Below are positions 19,453 through 30,198 of a DNA stretch of 64,000 bases, in pieces. How positions within the stretch are numbered: position 1 is the first letter of the stretch; every line of letters begins with the position of its first letter. This DNA comes from Nitrospirales bacterium (GTDB lineage Bacteria > Nitrospirota > Nitrospiria > Nitrospirales > UBA8639), in contig CBDCWC010000002.1 of NCBI GenBank assembly GCA_965223295.1, positions 864,001 through 928,000 on the forward strand. The letters are read 5' to 3'. A program made the translations under genes and the position numbers. The notes beneath the pieces were generated by a model. The model was given only the letters and a program-made list of their open reading frames with translations. It was not told the origin of the DNA and did not search any database.

Positions 19453-22400
19453 TTAAAACCAAAATTGGTAGTGCATTCCCCATTCCGTCACCGTCGCATT
19501 TTGACCAAATCCCCCACGTAAATAGCGTCCAAAGAGAGAGAGGCGATCTTGTCCAAACAGACTTCCATCCACTCCTCCGGAAATATTTCCGCCCACGCCT
19601 GTTTCCGCATTTACATTCACGCCACCAAACAAGAAAGGGCGAATCGCTTGGCCATAAGTAAATAAGACCGATTCGCCGACACCGCCTCCTATTTCAATCT
19701 GATGAAATTTTTCTGGTAACACCTGACTCGCGGGAACGGTGGAAGGGCTGGAAGGGAAGAGAGAAGGCAGTTTTCCTGAAACGCTGGATTGCTGAGAATA
19801 ATTTTGCAAACTGCCCGACACACGAATGCTAAGATCTGGATAGGCCAGTCGAAAATGATGCGACCAGGCTCCTTCAATCGCGACTCCCTGTCCTAAGAAT
19901 TTTCGGTCTTGACTATAGAATCGTGGATAATCAAATTGAAGAAACGTGTTGTCCCACTTACTGACCTGATAACTATGAGTCAACCGAAGAAGATCTTTGG
20001 CCCCACCTATGAACATGCCAACAGACGTATCGGCCTCCAAATTTCGTCCAGCCAAGAATTCAGTTGTCGCCCTTCTACCCCACTTCACTTGAGCACGCCC
20101 ACGAAGCGCCGTTAATGACGCAAGAGCTTTGCGATGATACAGAGTAAATTCTCCAAGACTAGATCCCATATTCCATCGTACATGTGCACCAAATCGAGTA
20201 TCAGCCGTGGGCACACGACGAAAAACATCCTTGTCTGCTATCTGTTGCCATCGACGGCTCATAAAGGGAGAAAATTCCATTCCCCTGCCTAAAGGAATGG
20301 TCCAAAGATGTTCAAAGTTTTGCGATAGGAGCGGAGAACGATCTTGAAAAAGAAAACGAGTCATCACACTGGGCGTATGACTCCACAGTTGCCCGGTCAA
20401 TGGTAATCGCTGCGGAGAATCCAACGGAGAAGAAACATTGGAAATCATGGAATCCGTCAAGGCCTGAGCGTAGAGATTTGAATCCGGTGATTCTGCTATA
20501 CCTTCTACCGCCAGAGTTTGTACCAGCCGATTTTGATTAAGCTGTTTGGCAGCCGACACTTGTTGCAAACGATCTAACGAAGGAGACTTGGCTGTTAACA
20601 GCCGATTGATTGCGACCCAATCATCTTCAACCAACGCCAGCGCAATTTCTGCAAAGGCTGGCTTTGACAGTTGGCGGCCATAAAAACGCCATAGCCAAAA
20701 CCGAGCTGGATCGTATTTTTCACGGCTCAAATACCAGGATACGATGAGTTCTTGAGCTGAAGCATCTTGTGTCCCCTGGAGAATTTGCGAAAAAATCGAA
20801 GCAAGGCGATCACCTGTTTCTCGTGTCAGGGCCAATCGAGCATAAGCCAATGTGACATCTCGATCCCAGACCACATCATTGCTAGTTTTGGCTTCCTTTC
20901 GTAGGGTTAGCCACGCATATTGGCGCAATCTCCAGGCGCGTTCACCATGCCCAGATGTCTCTAAGGCATCCGCGTAATACAGTACCCACAAATAGTCTTG
21001 TGAATCCTCTCGATACTTTCGTTCGAAGTAGGGCAATGCCTCGCGCGGTTGGTCAAGCAGCATATAGGCGGTGGCAAAACCTCCCCAAAAACGCGAATCT
21101 TTTTCCGCCAACCCATTCCACTTGCTGACCAAAGGCTTGAGTTCGCCTAACCTTTGATGATCAATAAGCAACCACATCACCGCTAAACGAATTTCTCGGG
21201 AATCAGGGTCCCGCCGTAAGGCTTCTTGATAGGCCAATAAGGCTTCATCTACTTTTCCCAAGTGAGACAAGGTTTCTGCACGAACGAGCCAATACTGTTG
21301 TTGGGGTTCAAGTCGTTGCTGTTGTATGGGAGTCAACCCTTCCAACATCTGGTTAACCGCTCCCCATTTTCCCTTTTGCATCAGGATATCTAAACCTAAG
21401 AAAAAGAATCCCACGGTTGAAAATTTATTCCATCCTTGTTGTGCTAATTCAACAGCACGATCAGGTTGCGCTTCTTTCACCAATAAAACATATCGCTCGA
21501 ACTCATGAGCCAACAATTCTTCCTGTTTGAACAGATTGTTATATGCACGACGAGCCACATTATCGTCTTGAAGATCCCAGGCTAAATCTCCCAATGTCTT
21601 CCAATAATCAGTATCTACTGATGACGCTTCATTCTGTTTTTCCAAAAGGATGGCCAAAGCCTCATTCATCTTTCCATGTTGATACAACAAATTTGCTCGT
21701 TTTTTGGCCATGGCCAATGTACTCCCAAACTTTTCGTCAATCTCAGAAAAGACCGCCATCGCCTCCTGCGTATGTCCCATACGCTCATAGAGTAATCCTA
21801 AATAGTCAAACAACTTCGGCTGTGGATCTTTTCCTAAGACTTCCTGCAACTTTATGACGGCTTTCTCTGGTTGTCCTATTTTTTCATAGGCCATTGCCAA
21901 ATCTTTCACCTCTTCTAATGACAAGCTAGATTGTTCATCAAGTTTTTCAAGTCCTAACACCCAAGCCTGATGATCATTTAATCCGCGCCCCAACCGCACC
22001 AGTGCCGCCCACGCCTCTTCTGTGGGGGCCTGTTCTGCCACCACCTGCCATTGCGCCAACGCCTCCGCACTGCGACCCGTCCATTCCGCCACCTGCGCCC
22101 ACCGCTGCCGCCATCGCATGTCCTCCGGTACCGCCTGCCCGGCTGCCCGGGCCACTGCATACGCCGGCTCTACCTGCCCGTTCTCCACATACACCGTATA
22201 TGCGAGCTCATATAGCTCGGCCTCATACATCGGCGACTTATTAGCCCACAGCGCCGCCAGATACGACTGCGCCTGTGCCCCAGCACCCGCGGCCCGCAAC
22301 GCCGCCACCGCCTGCACCACGGCCGTCCCGTCTCTCGCTAACGCCCCCGTCAGCTGCTGCGCCACCGCCACTGGGACGGCTTCATGCTTTTGCCCCGCCA

Positions 22401-25400
22401 CCAGCGCCGCCAACCCCGCCGCAAACGCCGCCCGCTGAGCTGCTCGCGTTGTCGCCTGTGCTTGCACTTCAAACCACCAGGCGGCCGCCTGCTGATACGC
22501 CCCCTGCCCTAACGCCGCTCGCGCACTCTGCCCATACCACTCCTGCGCCTGCCCCGCCGGCCCTACCGCCACCAAGCGCTCGAGCACCTGTGCCACCAAG
22601 CCCCACGCCTGCTGCCCTAGCGCCACCTGCAACAACTGCTCCCCCTCGGCCACCGTCTGCACCGTCGGCACTAACGCGTCGACCTGTGCCTGTAACGCTT
22701 GTCCATCAGCCACTGCCCCTTCACCAGCCACCTGCCGCTGCCGCACGTCCAATAACGCCCACTGCGCCGCCCGCTGGAGCTCGCTAGGCCCTTGTGCCAC
22801 CACCAGGGCTAACGCATCGGCTGCACTCATCAGCTCACCGGGCGCTGCCAGCGTCGGCGCAACGCGCACCAGTGCCGCCCACGCCTCTTCTGTGGGGGCC
22901 TGTTCTGCCACCACCTGCCATTGCGCCAACGCCTCCGCACTGCGACCCGTCCATTCCGCCACCTGCGCCCACCGCTGCCGCCATCGCATGTCCTCCGGTA
23001 CCGCCTGCCCGGCTGCCCGGGCCACTGCATACGCCGGCTCTACCTGCCCGTTCTCCACATACACCGTATATGCGAGCTCATATAGCTCGGCCTCATACAT
23101 CGGCGACTTATTAGCCCACAGCGCCGCCAGATACGACTGCGCCTGTGCCCCAGCACCCGCGGCCCGCAACGCCGCCACCGCCTGCACCACGGCCGTCCCG
23201 TCTCTCGCTAACGCCCCCGTCAGCTGCTGCGCCACCGCCACTGGGACGGCTTCATGCTTTTGCCCCGCCACCAGCGCCGCCAACCCCGCCGCAAACGCCG
23301 CCCGCTGAGCTGCTCGCGTTGTCGCCTGTGCTTGCACTTCAAACCACCAGGCGGCCGCCTGCTGATACGCCCCCTGCCCTAACGCCGCTCGCGCACTCTG
23401 CCCATACCACTCCTGCGCCTGCCCCGCCGGCCCTACCGCCACCAAGCGCTCGAGCACCTGTGCCACCAAGCCCCACGCCTGCTGCCCTAGCGCCACCTGC
23501 AACAACTGCTCCCCCTCGGCCACCGTCTGCACCGTCGGCACTAACGCGTCGACCTGTGCCTGTAACGCTTGTCCATCAGCCACTGCCCCTTCACCAGCCA
23601 CCTGCCGCTGCCGCACGTCCAATAACGCCCACTGCGCCGCCCGCTGGAGCTCGCTAGGCCCTTGTGCCACCACCAGGGCTAACGCATCGGCTGCACTCAT
23701 CAGCTCACCGGGCGCTGCCAGCGTCGGCGCAACGCGCACCAGTGCCGCCCACGCCTCTTCTGTGGGGGCCTGTTCTGCCACCACCTGCCATTGCGCCAAC
23801 GCCTCCGCACTGCGACCCGTCCATTCCGCCACCTGCGCCCACCGCTGCCGCCATCGCATGTCCTCCGGTACCGCCTGCCCGGCTGCCCGGGCCACTGCAT
23901 ACGCCGGCTCTACCTGCCCGTTCTCCACATACACCGTATATGCGAGCTCATATAGCTCGGCCTCATACATCGGCGACTTATTAGCCCACAGCGCCGCCAG
24001 ATACGACTGCGCCTGTGCCCCAGCACCCGCGGCCCGCAACGCCGCCACCGCCTGCACCACGGCCGTCCCGTCTCTCGCTAACGCCCCCGTCAGCTGCTGC
24101 GCCACCGCCACTGGGACGGCTTCATGCTTTTGCCCCGCCACCAGCGCCGCCAACCCCGCCGCAAACGCCGCCCGCTGAGCTGCTCGCGTTGTCGCCTGTG
24201 CTTGCACTTCAAACCACCAGGCGGCCGCCTGCTGATACGCCCCCTGCCCTAACGCCGCTCGCGCACTCTGCCCATACCACTCCTGCGCCTGCCCCGCCGG
24301 CCCTACCGCCACCAAGCGCTCGAGCACCTGTGCCACCAAGCCCCACGCCTGCTGCCCTAGCGCCACCTGCAACAACTGCTCCCCCTCGGCCACCGTCTGC
24401 ACCGTCGGCACTAACGCGTCGACCTGTGCCTGTAACGCTTGTCCATCAGCCACTGCCCCTTCACCAGCCACCTGCCGCTGCCGCACGTCCAATAACGCCC
24501 ACTGCGCCGCCCGCTGGAGCTCGCTAGGCCCTTGTGCCACCACCAGGGCTAACGCATCGGCTGCACTCATCAGCTCACCGGGCGCTGCCAGCGTCGGCGC
24601 AACGCGCACCAGTGCCGCCCACGCCTCTTCTGTGGGGGCCTGTTCTGCCACCACCTGCCATTGCGCCAACGCCTCCGCACTGCGACCCGTCCATTCCGCC
24701 ACCTGCGCCCACCGCTGCCGCCATCGCATGTCCTCCGGTACCGCCTGCCCGGCTGCCCGGGCCACTGCATACGCCGGCTCTACCTGCCCGTTCTCCACAT
24801 ACACCGTATATGCGAGCTCATAGACTTCTGGATCATAAGGACGAAACGTTTTCTTTGTTGCGACTGACAAATTTGTTGTTGCGATTGAATTACTTTTTAC
24901 AAACAACCGGTTCCATTTTGTTTTCTTTTCATTTCTTTTCCATGGAAACACTTCCTGAAAAAATGAGAATTGCATACTTATCCCGGAATAGAAAATTTGC
25001 CTAGAAGGAATATGTGAAACAAACCGAGTTCTTACATCCCAACGACTGGATACATGCAAAAGCTTTTCAACATATTTTTTTGCAAACGCTCCATTTCCTG
25101 CAGCTCGTCCTAACTTCACGAGAAATTTCAAGGTGATATCATCCTGATCGAGGTCTCCCAAATGTTTTTCTGCTTGCACTAACGCATCCTTCAGTTGATT
25201 GCCTGATACCAACGCCTTCAAGGCAGAAAGAAAATCTTCCCGTCTCTGCTCAAGCCCTTTACTTCGATCACGCGCCATAAAAAAGAAATCGGCAGCTTTG
25301 GCATATGCACTTTTTTGAAGAGCAAGCTTAGCCCCTTTCCGGTACCACGTAGCTTGATGGGCAGGATCATGCTGAGCGATTTCCTCATAGACAACCATTG

Positions 25401-25965
25401 CTAGCTCCCAATCCCGTACGAGAAGCGCTGACTCTGCCAAACTAGGAAGGATGTCTTTAGAGGGTAAATTTTGCAATATAGTCCGTATTCTTTTTGCTAT
25501 CATCTGTTCCTGCCTGAGCACTTCTTGATCATCTTGTTCTCCAGCTAATATCCGCATTTCCATGATCTGGAGATCCAGCAACAGCCCCTTATTTGGTAGG
25601 GTCTGATTCCTTCCGTCCAAGAGAGGTTTCAATGTTTCTTGTGCTTCATTCAATTCACCAAGCTGTAGCTGTTTCTGAGCTAGTAGGATGCGCCGTGATT
25701 CGTCTTCTGGATTTTTATGCTGAATATTCTTTAAAAAAAACAGACTAACATTATCGGGATCTTCAACAGTTTCAATTTGGTCCAGAATTGGTTGATTGAC
25801 ATACAACATCCACATGACCAGTCCGACGCTTACTCCTAATCCAATAAGTTTCCAAACTGGAAACAGTCGTTCCTCTGGCTTGGCAGATTTCGCAACATCA
25901 TTGACAGGCGAGTGAAACAATTTGATTCTGCCCCTTACCAAAGTGAAGCTTGAGATCTGATCCAT
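19453..25965 (-). CDS. pelB: PelB TPR scaffold plus C-terminal beta-barrel porin, expanded to 2170 aa
   Basis: TPR helices, RWAQVAEW.G motif, barrel ending in YQFWF; position between pelA and pelC. Confidence 0.9.
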   Translation of the reverse strand: MDQISSFTLVRGRIKLFHSPVNDVAKSAKPEERLFPVWKLIGLGVSVGLVMWMLYVNQPILDQIETVEDPDNVSLFFLKNIQHKNPEDESRRILLAQKQLQLGELNEAQETLKPLLDGRNQTLPNKGLLLDLQIMEMRILAGEQDDQEVLRQEQMIAKRIRTILQNLPSKDILPSLAESALLVRDWELAMVVYEEIAQHDPAHQATWYRKGAKLALQKSAYAKAADFFFMARDRSKGLEQRREDFLSALKALVSGNQLKDALVQAEKHLGDLDQDDITLKFLVKLGRAAGNGAFAKKYVEKLLHVSSRWDVRTRFVSHIPSRQIFYSGISMQFSFFQEVFPWKRNEKKTKWNRLFVKSNSIATTNLSVATKKTFRPYDPEVYELAYTVYVENGQVEPAYAVARAAGQAVPEDMRWRQRWAQVAEWTGRSAEALAQWQVVAEQAPTEEAWAALVRVAPTLAAPGELMSAADALALVVAQGPSELQRAAQWALLDVRQRQVAGEGAVADGQALQAQVDALVPTVQTVAEGEQLLQVALGQQAWGLVAQVLERLVAVGPAGQAQEWYGQSARAALGQGAYQQAAAWWFEVQAQATTRAAQRAAFAAGLAALVAGQKHEAVPVAVAQQLTGALARDGTAVVQAVAALRAAGAGAQAQSYLAALWANKSPMYEAELYELAYTVYVENGQVEPAYAVARAAGQAVPEDMRWRQRWAQVAEWTGRSAEALAQWQVVAEQAPTEEAWAALVRVAPTLAAPGELMSAADALALVVAQGPSELQRAAQWALLDVRQRQVAGEGAVADGQALQAQVDALVPTVQTVAEGEQLLQVALGQQAWGLVAQVLERLVAVGPAGQAQEWYGQSARAALGQGAYQQAAAWWFEVQAQATTRAAQRAAFAAGLAALVAGQKHEAVPVAVAQQLTGALARDGTAVVQAVAALRAAGAGAQAQSYLAALWANKSPMYEAELYELAYTVYVENGQVEPAYAVARAAGQAVPEDMRWRQRWAQVAEWTGRSAEALAQWQVVAEQAPTEEAWAALVRVAPTLAAPGELMSAADALALVVAQGPSELQRAAQWALLDVRQRQVAGEGAVADGQALQAQVDALVPTVQTVAEGEQLLQVALGQQAWGLVAQVLERLVAVGPAGQAQEWYGQSARAALGQGAYQQAAAWWFEVQAQATTRAAQRAAFAAGLAALVAGQKHEAVPVAVAQQLTGALARDGTAVVQAVAALRAAGAGAQAQSYLAALWANKSPMYEAELYELAYTVYVENGQVEPAYAVARAAGQAVPEDMRWRQRWAQVAEWTGRSAEALAQWQVVAEQAPTEEAWAALVRLGRGLNDHQAWVLGLEKLDEQSSLSLEEVKDLAMAYEKIGQPEKAVIKLQEVLGKDPQPKLFDYLGLLYERMGHTQEAMAVFSEIDEKFGSTLAMAKKRANLLYQHGKMNEALAILLEKQNEASSVDTDYWKTLGDLAWDLQDDNVARRAYNNLFKQEELLAHEFERYVLLVKEAQPDRAVELAQQGWNKFSTVGFFFLGLDILMQKGKWGAVNQMLEGLTPIQQQRLEPQQQYWLVRAETLSHLGKVDEALLAYQEALRRDPDSREIRLAVMWLLIDHQRLGELKPLVSKWNGLAEKDSRFWGGFATAYMLLDQPREALPYFERKYREDSQDYLWVLYYADALETSGHGERAWRLRQYAWLTLRKEAKTSNDVVWDRDVTLAYARLALTRETGDRLASIFSQILQGTQDASAQELIVSWYLSREKYDPARFWLWRFYGRQLSKPAFAEIALALVEDDWVAINRLLTAKSPSLDRLQQVSAAKQLNQNRLVQTLAVEGIAESPDSNLYAQALTDSMISNVSSPLDSPQRLPLTGQLWSHTPSVMTRFLFQDRSPLLSQNFEHLWTIPLGRGMEFSPFMSRRWQQIADKDVFRRVPTADTRFGAHVRWNMGSSLGEFTLYHRKALASLTALRGRAQVKWGRRATTEFLAGRNLEADTSVGMFIGGAKDLLRLTHSYQVSKWDNTFLQFDYPRFYSQDRKFLGQGVAIEGAWSHHFRLAYPDLSIRVSGSLQNYSQQSSVSGKLPSLFPSSPSTVPASQVLPEKFHQIEIGGGVGESVLFTYGQAIRPFLFGGVNVNAETGVGGNISGGVDGSLFGQDRLSLFGRYLRGGFGQNATVTEWGMHYQFWF
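21995..24822. repeat. Intragenic tandem repeat: 870-bp (290-aa) unit x3.25, GC-rich, copies identical by eye
   Basis: Same sequence at 22001, 22871, 23741 and 24611; one sampled line is 41/60 GC versus 25/60 and 20/60 in flanking lines. Confidence 0.95.
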
Positions 25966-28720
25966 TCATGGTTTTTTCAGAGATAGAGGGACCATCTAGC
26001 ACCTCACAGGAGGTTACATTCCCTATCACGCCAATAAGAGGACGGTACCCTCTTAGAGTGACTTCCAAACCATTGCGCGAACGTTTCCAGTTCAAGACTT
26101 CTCCATTCGTTGACTGTAGATAGGGTAATGTCGGCGGACTTGTAACCATTCGCACGACGGGGGAACGAGACGGGTCTAGATGGATATATCGATCGCTCCC
26201 ATGATCGGCATAGCCCAACACTCGAGGACTCGCGTTCAAATCCGGATAGCCAGCGGCTTGAGGCACACGAATCTCTGTTGCTTTTTCTAGATTGTGCAAC
26301 TGCCAACCGCCTCCATTTTTTGTAATAACCATACGAGTGAAGTCTTGAACCAGCTGCACATATTCAGACACAAAAATAGCATTCACTGGTTGCGCTAAAG
26401 CCCAATCATAGACTTTGTGTAATGCGGCTAATGAAGCCTGTTTACTTGCTGAATAGGTGTGATAATAAATATCGATTGGCTTCAAGCGCCTTGGCCATTC
26501 TGTGAGCTGAAAAGTCTCAATAACTTGCTCATATCCATAAAATGGACCTTTCCACAGATTAGTGTATAAATTTTCGTTTTGGTTCGGGGCGTATACTTGA
26601 AGAAAAGGCCCTTTTTGAACACCCAAAGGAGCAACAGCAGTCAGAGAATTGTTATACTTGGTAATAACCGTATCTCCACCATTCATGTTCACAAGTCCAG
26701 AAGCAGACACCAATTCCAAAGCTTCACTCGATGGATTACAATCCCCTGTCCACAGAAAAACTTTTGTTGATTTATTAGAAGGAGCAAGTTGCTGATCTAT
26801 ATATTGGACAGATCCTTCAATTTCCCTCGATAAATTCTCGACAGTAAAGTCATAGCCAGGTATCGGTAAGTGTGGTTTTTCCACCCCTTTGGTATAGATG
26901 GTTTGCCAGGCAAACGGATGAGAATAGGAATGGCTGGCTATTTCCACGAATGGAAGACCAAAGATTGTTTTGGCTGCTTGCTCAAAACGTCTTGACAATT
27001 TCGGATAAAGGCCCGCTTCTCCAATTTCGCCTTCAATAACAGAAACCGTTGTTGGAATCGTGTAATGTTTGAGAATATCCTCAAGAAGCATCTCACCGGC
27101 ATAGTCAACGCCTGAAAGTGCATGTTGGAATTCTACGCGGCTTGGAAAACCATCCCCATCCACATGTGCCATCAGTAAGCGGCGTCCATACCGAGTCGTG
27201 GTCTCGGGAATAGGCAGCGAATTTACTTGTAATGCCCGTTGAAAAAATTGAATGGGCTCAAGCAGCCAACGGCTACTCTGTTCACCCGGCATAGAGACAA
27301 TAGGAAAAGGACTCAACGCATACCCGCCCCACCAGGACAGGCCTACCGCATCTTGAACGCGTGATTCTCCTTGAACATACCGCAGAAGTGTCGTTCCTCC
27401 ACGATTTTGCAAGGGGAAAAAATATTGCCGATCTGCAAACGGCGGGAACTCGTTGCCAATAATTGAATCTAAACTGCGAACCTGAATTCTTTTAAGCGAC
27501 CGCAACTGGGTTCCTACCTCTATTTCAAAGAGGCGAAGAAGATCTTTCCGAACGGGAAATCCGAATTTTTCTAAAAAAACAACTTTGACCTGATGCTCTA
27601 CCTGCCGGGAAATCCACTGATGAAACTCTTCGTCCAATGGAGATTTCAGCTCTGGAAGCCATACGACAATTCCGGCATATCGGCCAGCTAATGAAGCAAC
27701 AGGAAGACCTCGGCGAACATCCCAATGTTCTGGAACCAACCCAAGATATTGCAGAGGAAAATCAATAAAACGATGTATCTCACTCTGTGTCACATCGGAA
27801 TACTGTTGACCGTCATACAGCATCAACACTTTTCGAGGAATGACTTCCGTTGCTCCAACACCCAGCGCATCTAATTCAGGAGTCGTCACCCAAGGAATAA
27901 ATCCTAGTGCTTGGATTTTTTGAGATATAGTTCGAGCCTCCTCCCGTTTTTCTGGGGGAAGATAATCAATGACGACAATTGGAAGGTTATATTGCTCACG
28001 AAAAAAGGATAATTGTTCGAGCAACCAATCTCGGGCCTGTTGCGAGACGGGCGAAAATTCTTGAGTCGCAGGATTCCATCCTTGAAACAGGGATTCCACG
28101 GCCAGGGCAAATATGTCCTGATAGATGTGTGGAAGTAATTCAAAGCCTCGGTTACAAAGAAGTTTCGCTTCCGGATACTTTTGTTTAATCGCTCGAATAA
28201 CTGCAATGAGGCCACTTTGCTGTTGCTGTTGAAACTGTTCATCTTGTTGAACCAATTGATATGAATCCAAGGTGTCAAGAAAAAACCCTCGATACCCCTG
28301 CTCCCAAAGTGGGGCAATCAGATTTGTGAGTACGAACTCTATCCATCCATCTTGTGCTTGATTGACTATTTGGGAACGCCAAGCCGTATTTTCTCCAATA
28401 ATCCACTTCTGAGGAATGTTCTTCGCATAGGCGCGAGTTGGAAGAACCTCTCCAAGGCTGACATACGCAAACAATTCGCTATTTGAGGTTTGATATTCTT
28501 TCGGATGAAATCCATGGTCCGGTTCAACAACAACAACATTAAACGCTTTAAGTTCATTCCAAGGCGGAGACTCTCCATAAAAGACTGCAGCACTAAATTC
28601 CTGACTCCAAACGTTGCTGGCACTTATGCTTATCGAGAAAAATACGATGCTCCAATAGACTCCAAATTCTCGCCAGTGTTTTCCACGTATTGATTGGCCC
28701 ATCGTTTGTAGAAGTTTCAT
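25898..28720 (-). CDS. pelA: PelA bifunctional glycoside hydrolase / polysaccharide deacetylase
   Basis: AYVSLGE, GFFLDTLDSY, NRGFE (hydrolase); HVDGDGF, HSYSHPF, NENLYTNLW.GP (deacetylase). Confidence 0.95.
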   Translation of the reverse strand: MKLLQTMGQSIRGKHWREFGVYWSIVFFSISISASNVWSQEFSAAVFYGESPPWNELKAFNVVVVEPDHGFHPKEYQTSNSELFAYVSLGEVLPTRAYAKNIPQKWIIGENTAWRSQIVNQAQDGWIEFVLTNLIAPLWEQGYRGFFLDTLDSYQLVQQDEQFQQQQQSGLIAVIRAIKQKYPEAKLLCNRGFELLPHIYQDIFALAVESLFQGWNPATQEFSPVSQQARDWLLEQLSFFREQYNLPIVVIDYLPPEKREEARTISQKIQALGFIPWVTTPELDALGVGATEVIPRKVLMLYDGQQYSDVTQSEIHRFIDFPLQYLGLVPEHWDVRRGLPVASLAGRYAGIVVWLPELKSPLDEEFHQWISRQVEHQVKVVFLEKFGFPVRKDLLRLFEIEVGTQLRSLKRIQVRSLDSIIGNEFPPFADRQYFFPLQNRGGTTLLRYVQGESRVQDAVGLSWWGGYALSPFPIVSMPGEQSSRWLLEPIQFFQRALQVNSLPIPETTTRYGRRLLMAHVDGDGFPSRVEFQHALSGVDYAGEMLLEDILKHYTIPTTVSVIEGEIGEAGLYPKLSRRFEQAAKTIFGLPFVEIASHSYSHPFAWQTIYTKGVEKPHLPIPGYDFTVENLSREIEGSVQYIDQQLAPSNKSTKVFLWTGDCNPSSEALELVSASGLVNMNGGDTVITKYNNSLTAVAPLGVQKGPFLQVYAPNQNENLYTNLWKGPFYGYEQVIETFQLTEWPRRLKPIDIYYHTYSASKQASLAALHKVYDWALAQPVNAIFVSEYVQLVQDFTRMVITKNGGGWQLHNLEKATEIRVPQAAGYPDLNASPRVLGYADHGSDRYIHLDPSRSPVVRMVTSPPTLPYLQSTNGEVLNWKRSRNGLEVTLRGYRPLIGVIGNVTSCEVLDGPSISEKTMNGSDLKLHFGKGQNQIVSLACQ

Positions 28721-28938
28721 TATTTACAAGCCGTGACATGCTCAATTCAGCATGAATAAATGAACAGAATAGGCAACTTTTGCCCATCCCCAACTACCCA
28801 TACTTCACAATTCTGATTGAACGAACTCTATTGATACGGCAGATAACTCAAGCACTAAGACTATGCCTATGGCATAGAAGTAGCCCCTGACCACAATCCG
28901 AACGTATTGAAGGGCACACTTCAGCAAGACCTATCGAG

Positions 28939-28954
28939 AGCAAGAACAGTGCCT
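28939..28954 (-). promoter_or_regulatory. Probable sigma-54 (-24/-12) promoter of the pel operon
   Basis: aGGCACtgttcTTGCt with correct spacing, ~220 bp upstream of pelA. Confidence 0.5.
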
Positions 28955-29326
28955 GCCTTAAATAGTGATGACGAGAAAGATCTGAGCAATAGCTCAAGGA
29001 GGAAGTGAAAAGAATTGTACGGTAATGCTGAAAGCTAGACTATTCTTCTGAGACCACACTGCCACAAGATAAAGTATAAGTGCGCTTCTAAAGAATGAAA
29101 GTTGTCAATACTTGACACAGATTTATAAATTTTTGTTTCTAAGATGCGGTGGCATATTTTTTCTATCTACCTATTTTGTTATGCTCAGCTATAATTTTTT
29201 GATGAAATGCCTTTTGTTTTGAAACATAAAATCTCATTCACTTTGACATCTTCAAAACGTGTTCATCTTTTATCATTCTTTTGACAATGTTCAATTACAT
29301 GACTCAACCATGACACCGAGGGTAAC

Positions 29327-30187
29327 GTGAAATCTTCGAACCAAGACATCGACCAGATAATTTCTATGGCACAGAAAGCCGATCCACATGACTTGTATCA
29401 AAAGAGCGTACAAAGTCCTGATAATGACATGGAGTTCTTGTCTGAGTATTTCAAAGAATATACCGGTACAGCTCTTCGAAAATTTAGAGAAGACTTTTGC
29501 GGAACAGCGTATCTCTCTTCCTACTTTGTCACTCAACATGGGAAAAACCAAGCACTTGGTATAGATCTCGATTGGCCAACTCTGAACTGGGGAATCAAAC
29601 ACAATATTTCTCCCCTCACACCAAACCAGCAAAAACGTATTTCGTTAATCAATGCTAATGTGCTGGATGTTCAGCAACCTCCCGCTCAAATGATCGCAGC
29701 ATTAAATTTTTCCTATATGGTGTTTCATGACCGTGAGACCTTGCTGCACTACCTGCTGAATGCAAAGCAGTCTCTCGAACCCGGAGGATTACTGGTAATG
29801 GATATTTGGGGAGGGAGCGAAAGCCTCGTCCTTCAAGAGGAAGAACGTGAAATTGAAAATTCAGATGAAGATCAGATAGGAGATTTTATCTTTACTTGGG
29901 ATCAGGACACGTTTGATCCCTTCACTCATTTTTATACCACACGGATTCATTTTTCTTTTAGCGATGGCAGCGAACTTCGCAACGCCTTTGTCTATGATTG
30001 GCGACTTTGGACCATTCCAGAAGTTACCGAGCTCATGACCGATGCCGGATTTCAAGATGTTCATGTTCTATGGGAAGGGACGGACCCTGAGACGAAGGAG
30101 GGGACGTCTATCTATGAACGTGCGGAAAAAGGCGATGCTGATCTCGCCTGGATTGCCTATATTGTTGGACAGACCCCTTCAGCTTAA
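29327..30187 (+). CDS. Class I SAM-dependent methyltransferase
   Basis: FREDFCGTA motif I, ALNFSY, LEPGGLLVMD, YDWRLWTIPE. Confidence 0.85.
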   Translation: MKSSNQDIDQIISMAQKADPHDLYQKSVQSPDNDMEFLSEYFKEYTGTALRKFREDFCGTAYLSSYFVTQHGKNQALGIDLDWPTLNWGIKHNISPLTPNQQKRISLINANVLDVQQPPAQMIAALNFSYMVFHDRETLLHYLLNAKQSLEPGGLLVMDIWGGSESLVLQEEEREIENSDEDQIGDFIFTWDQDTFDPFTHFYTTRIHFSFSDGSELRNAFVYDWRLWTIPEVTELMTDAGFQDVHVLWEGTDPETKEGTSIYERAEKGDADLAWIAYIVGQTPSA

Positions 30188-30198
30188 AAGGAGTCTTC

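Noticed and set aside
21995-24822. Tandem array as a CRISPR array or an inserted mobile element
   Set aside because: The unit is 870 bp, in frame, has no spacers or terminal IRs, and is homologous to PelB itself.
21978-25004. Recurrent Pro/Ala-rich + strand ORFs and alternative-frame ORFs inside pelB
   Set aside because: Shadow frames of the GC-rich repeat; they recur with the 870-bp period and lack independent start signals.
28720-29327. c-di-GMP riboswitch upstream of pelA
   Set aside because: No GEMM-type stem arrangement recognisable on either strand by eye; an Infernal/Rfam scan would settle it.
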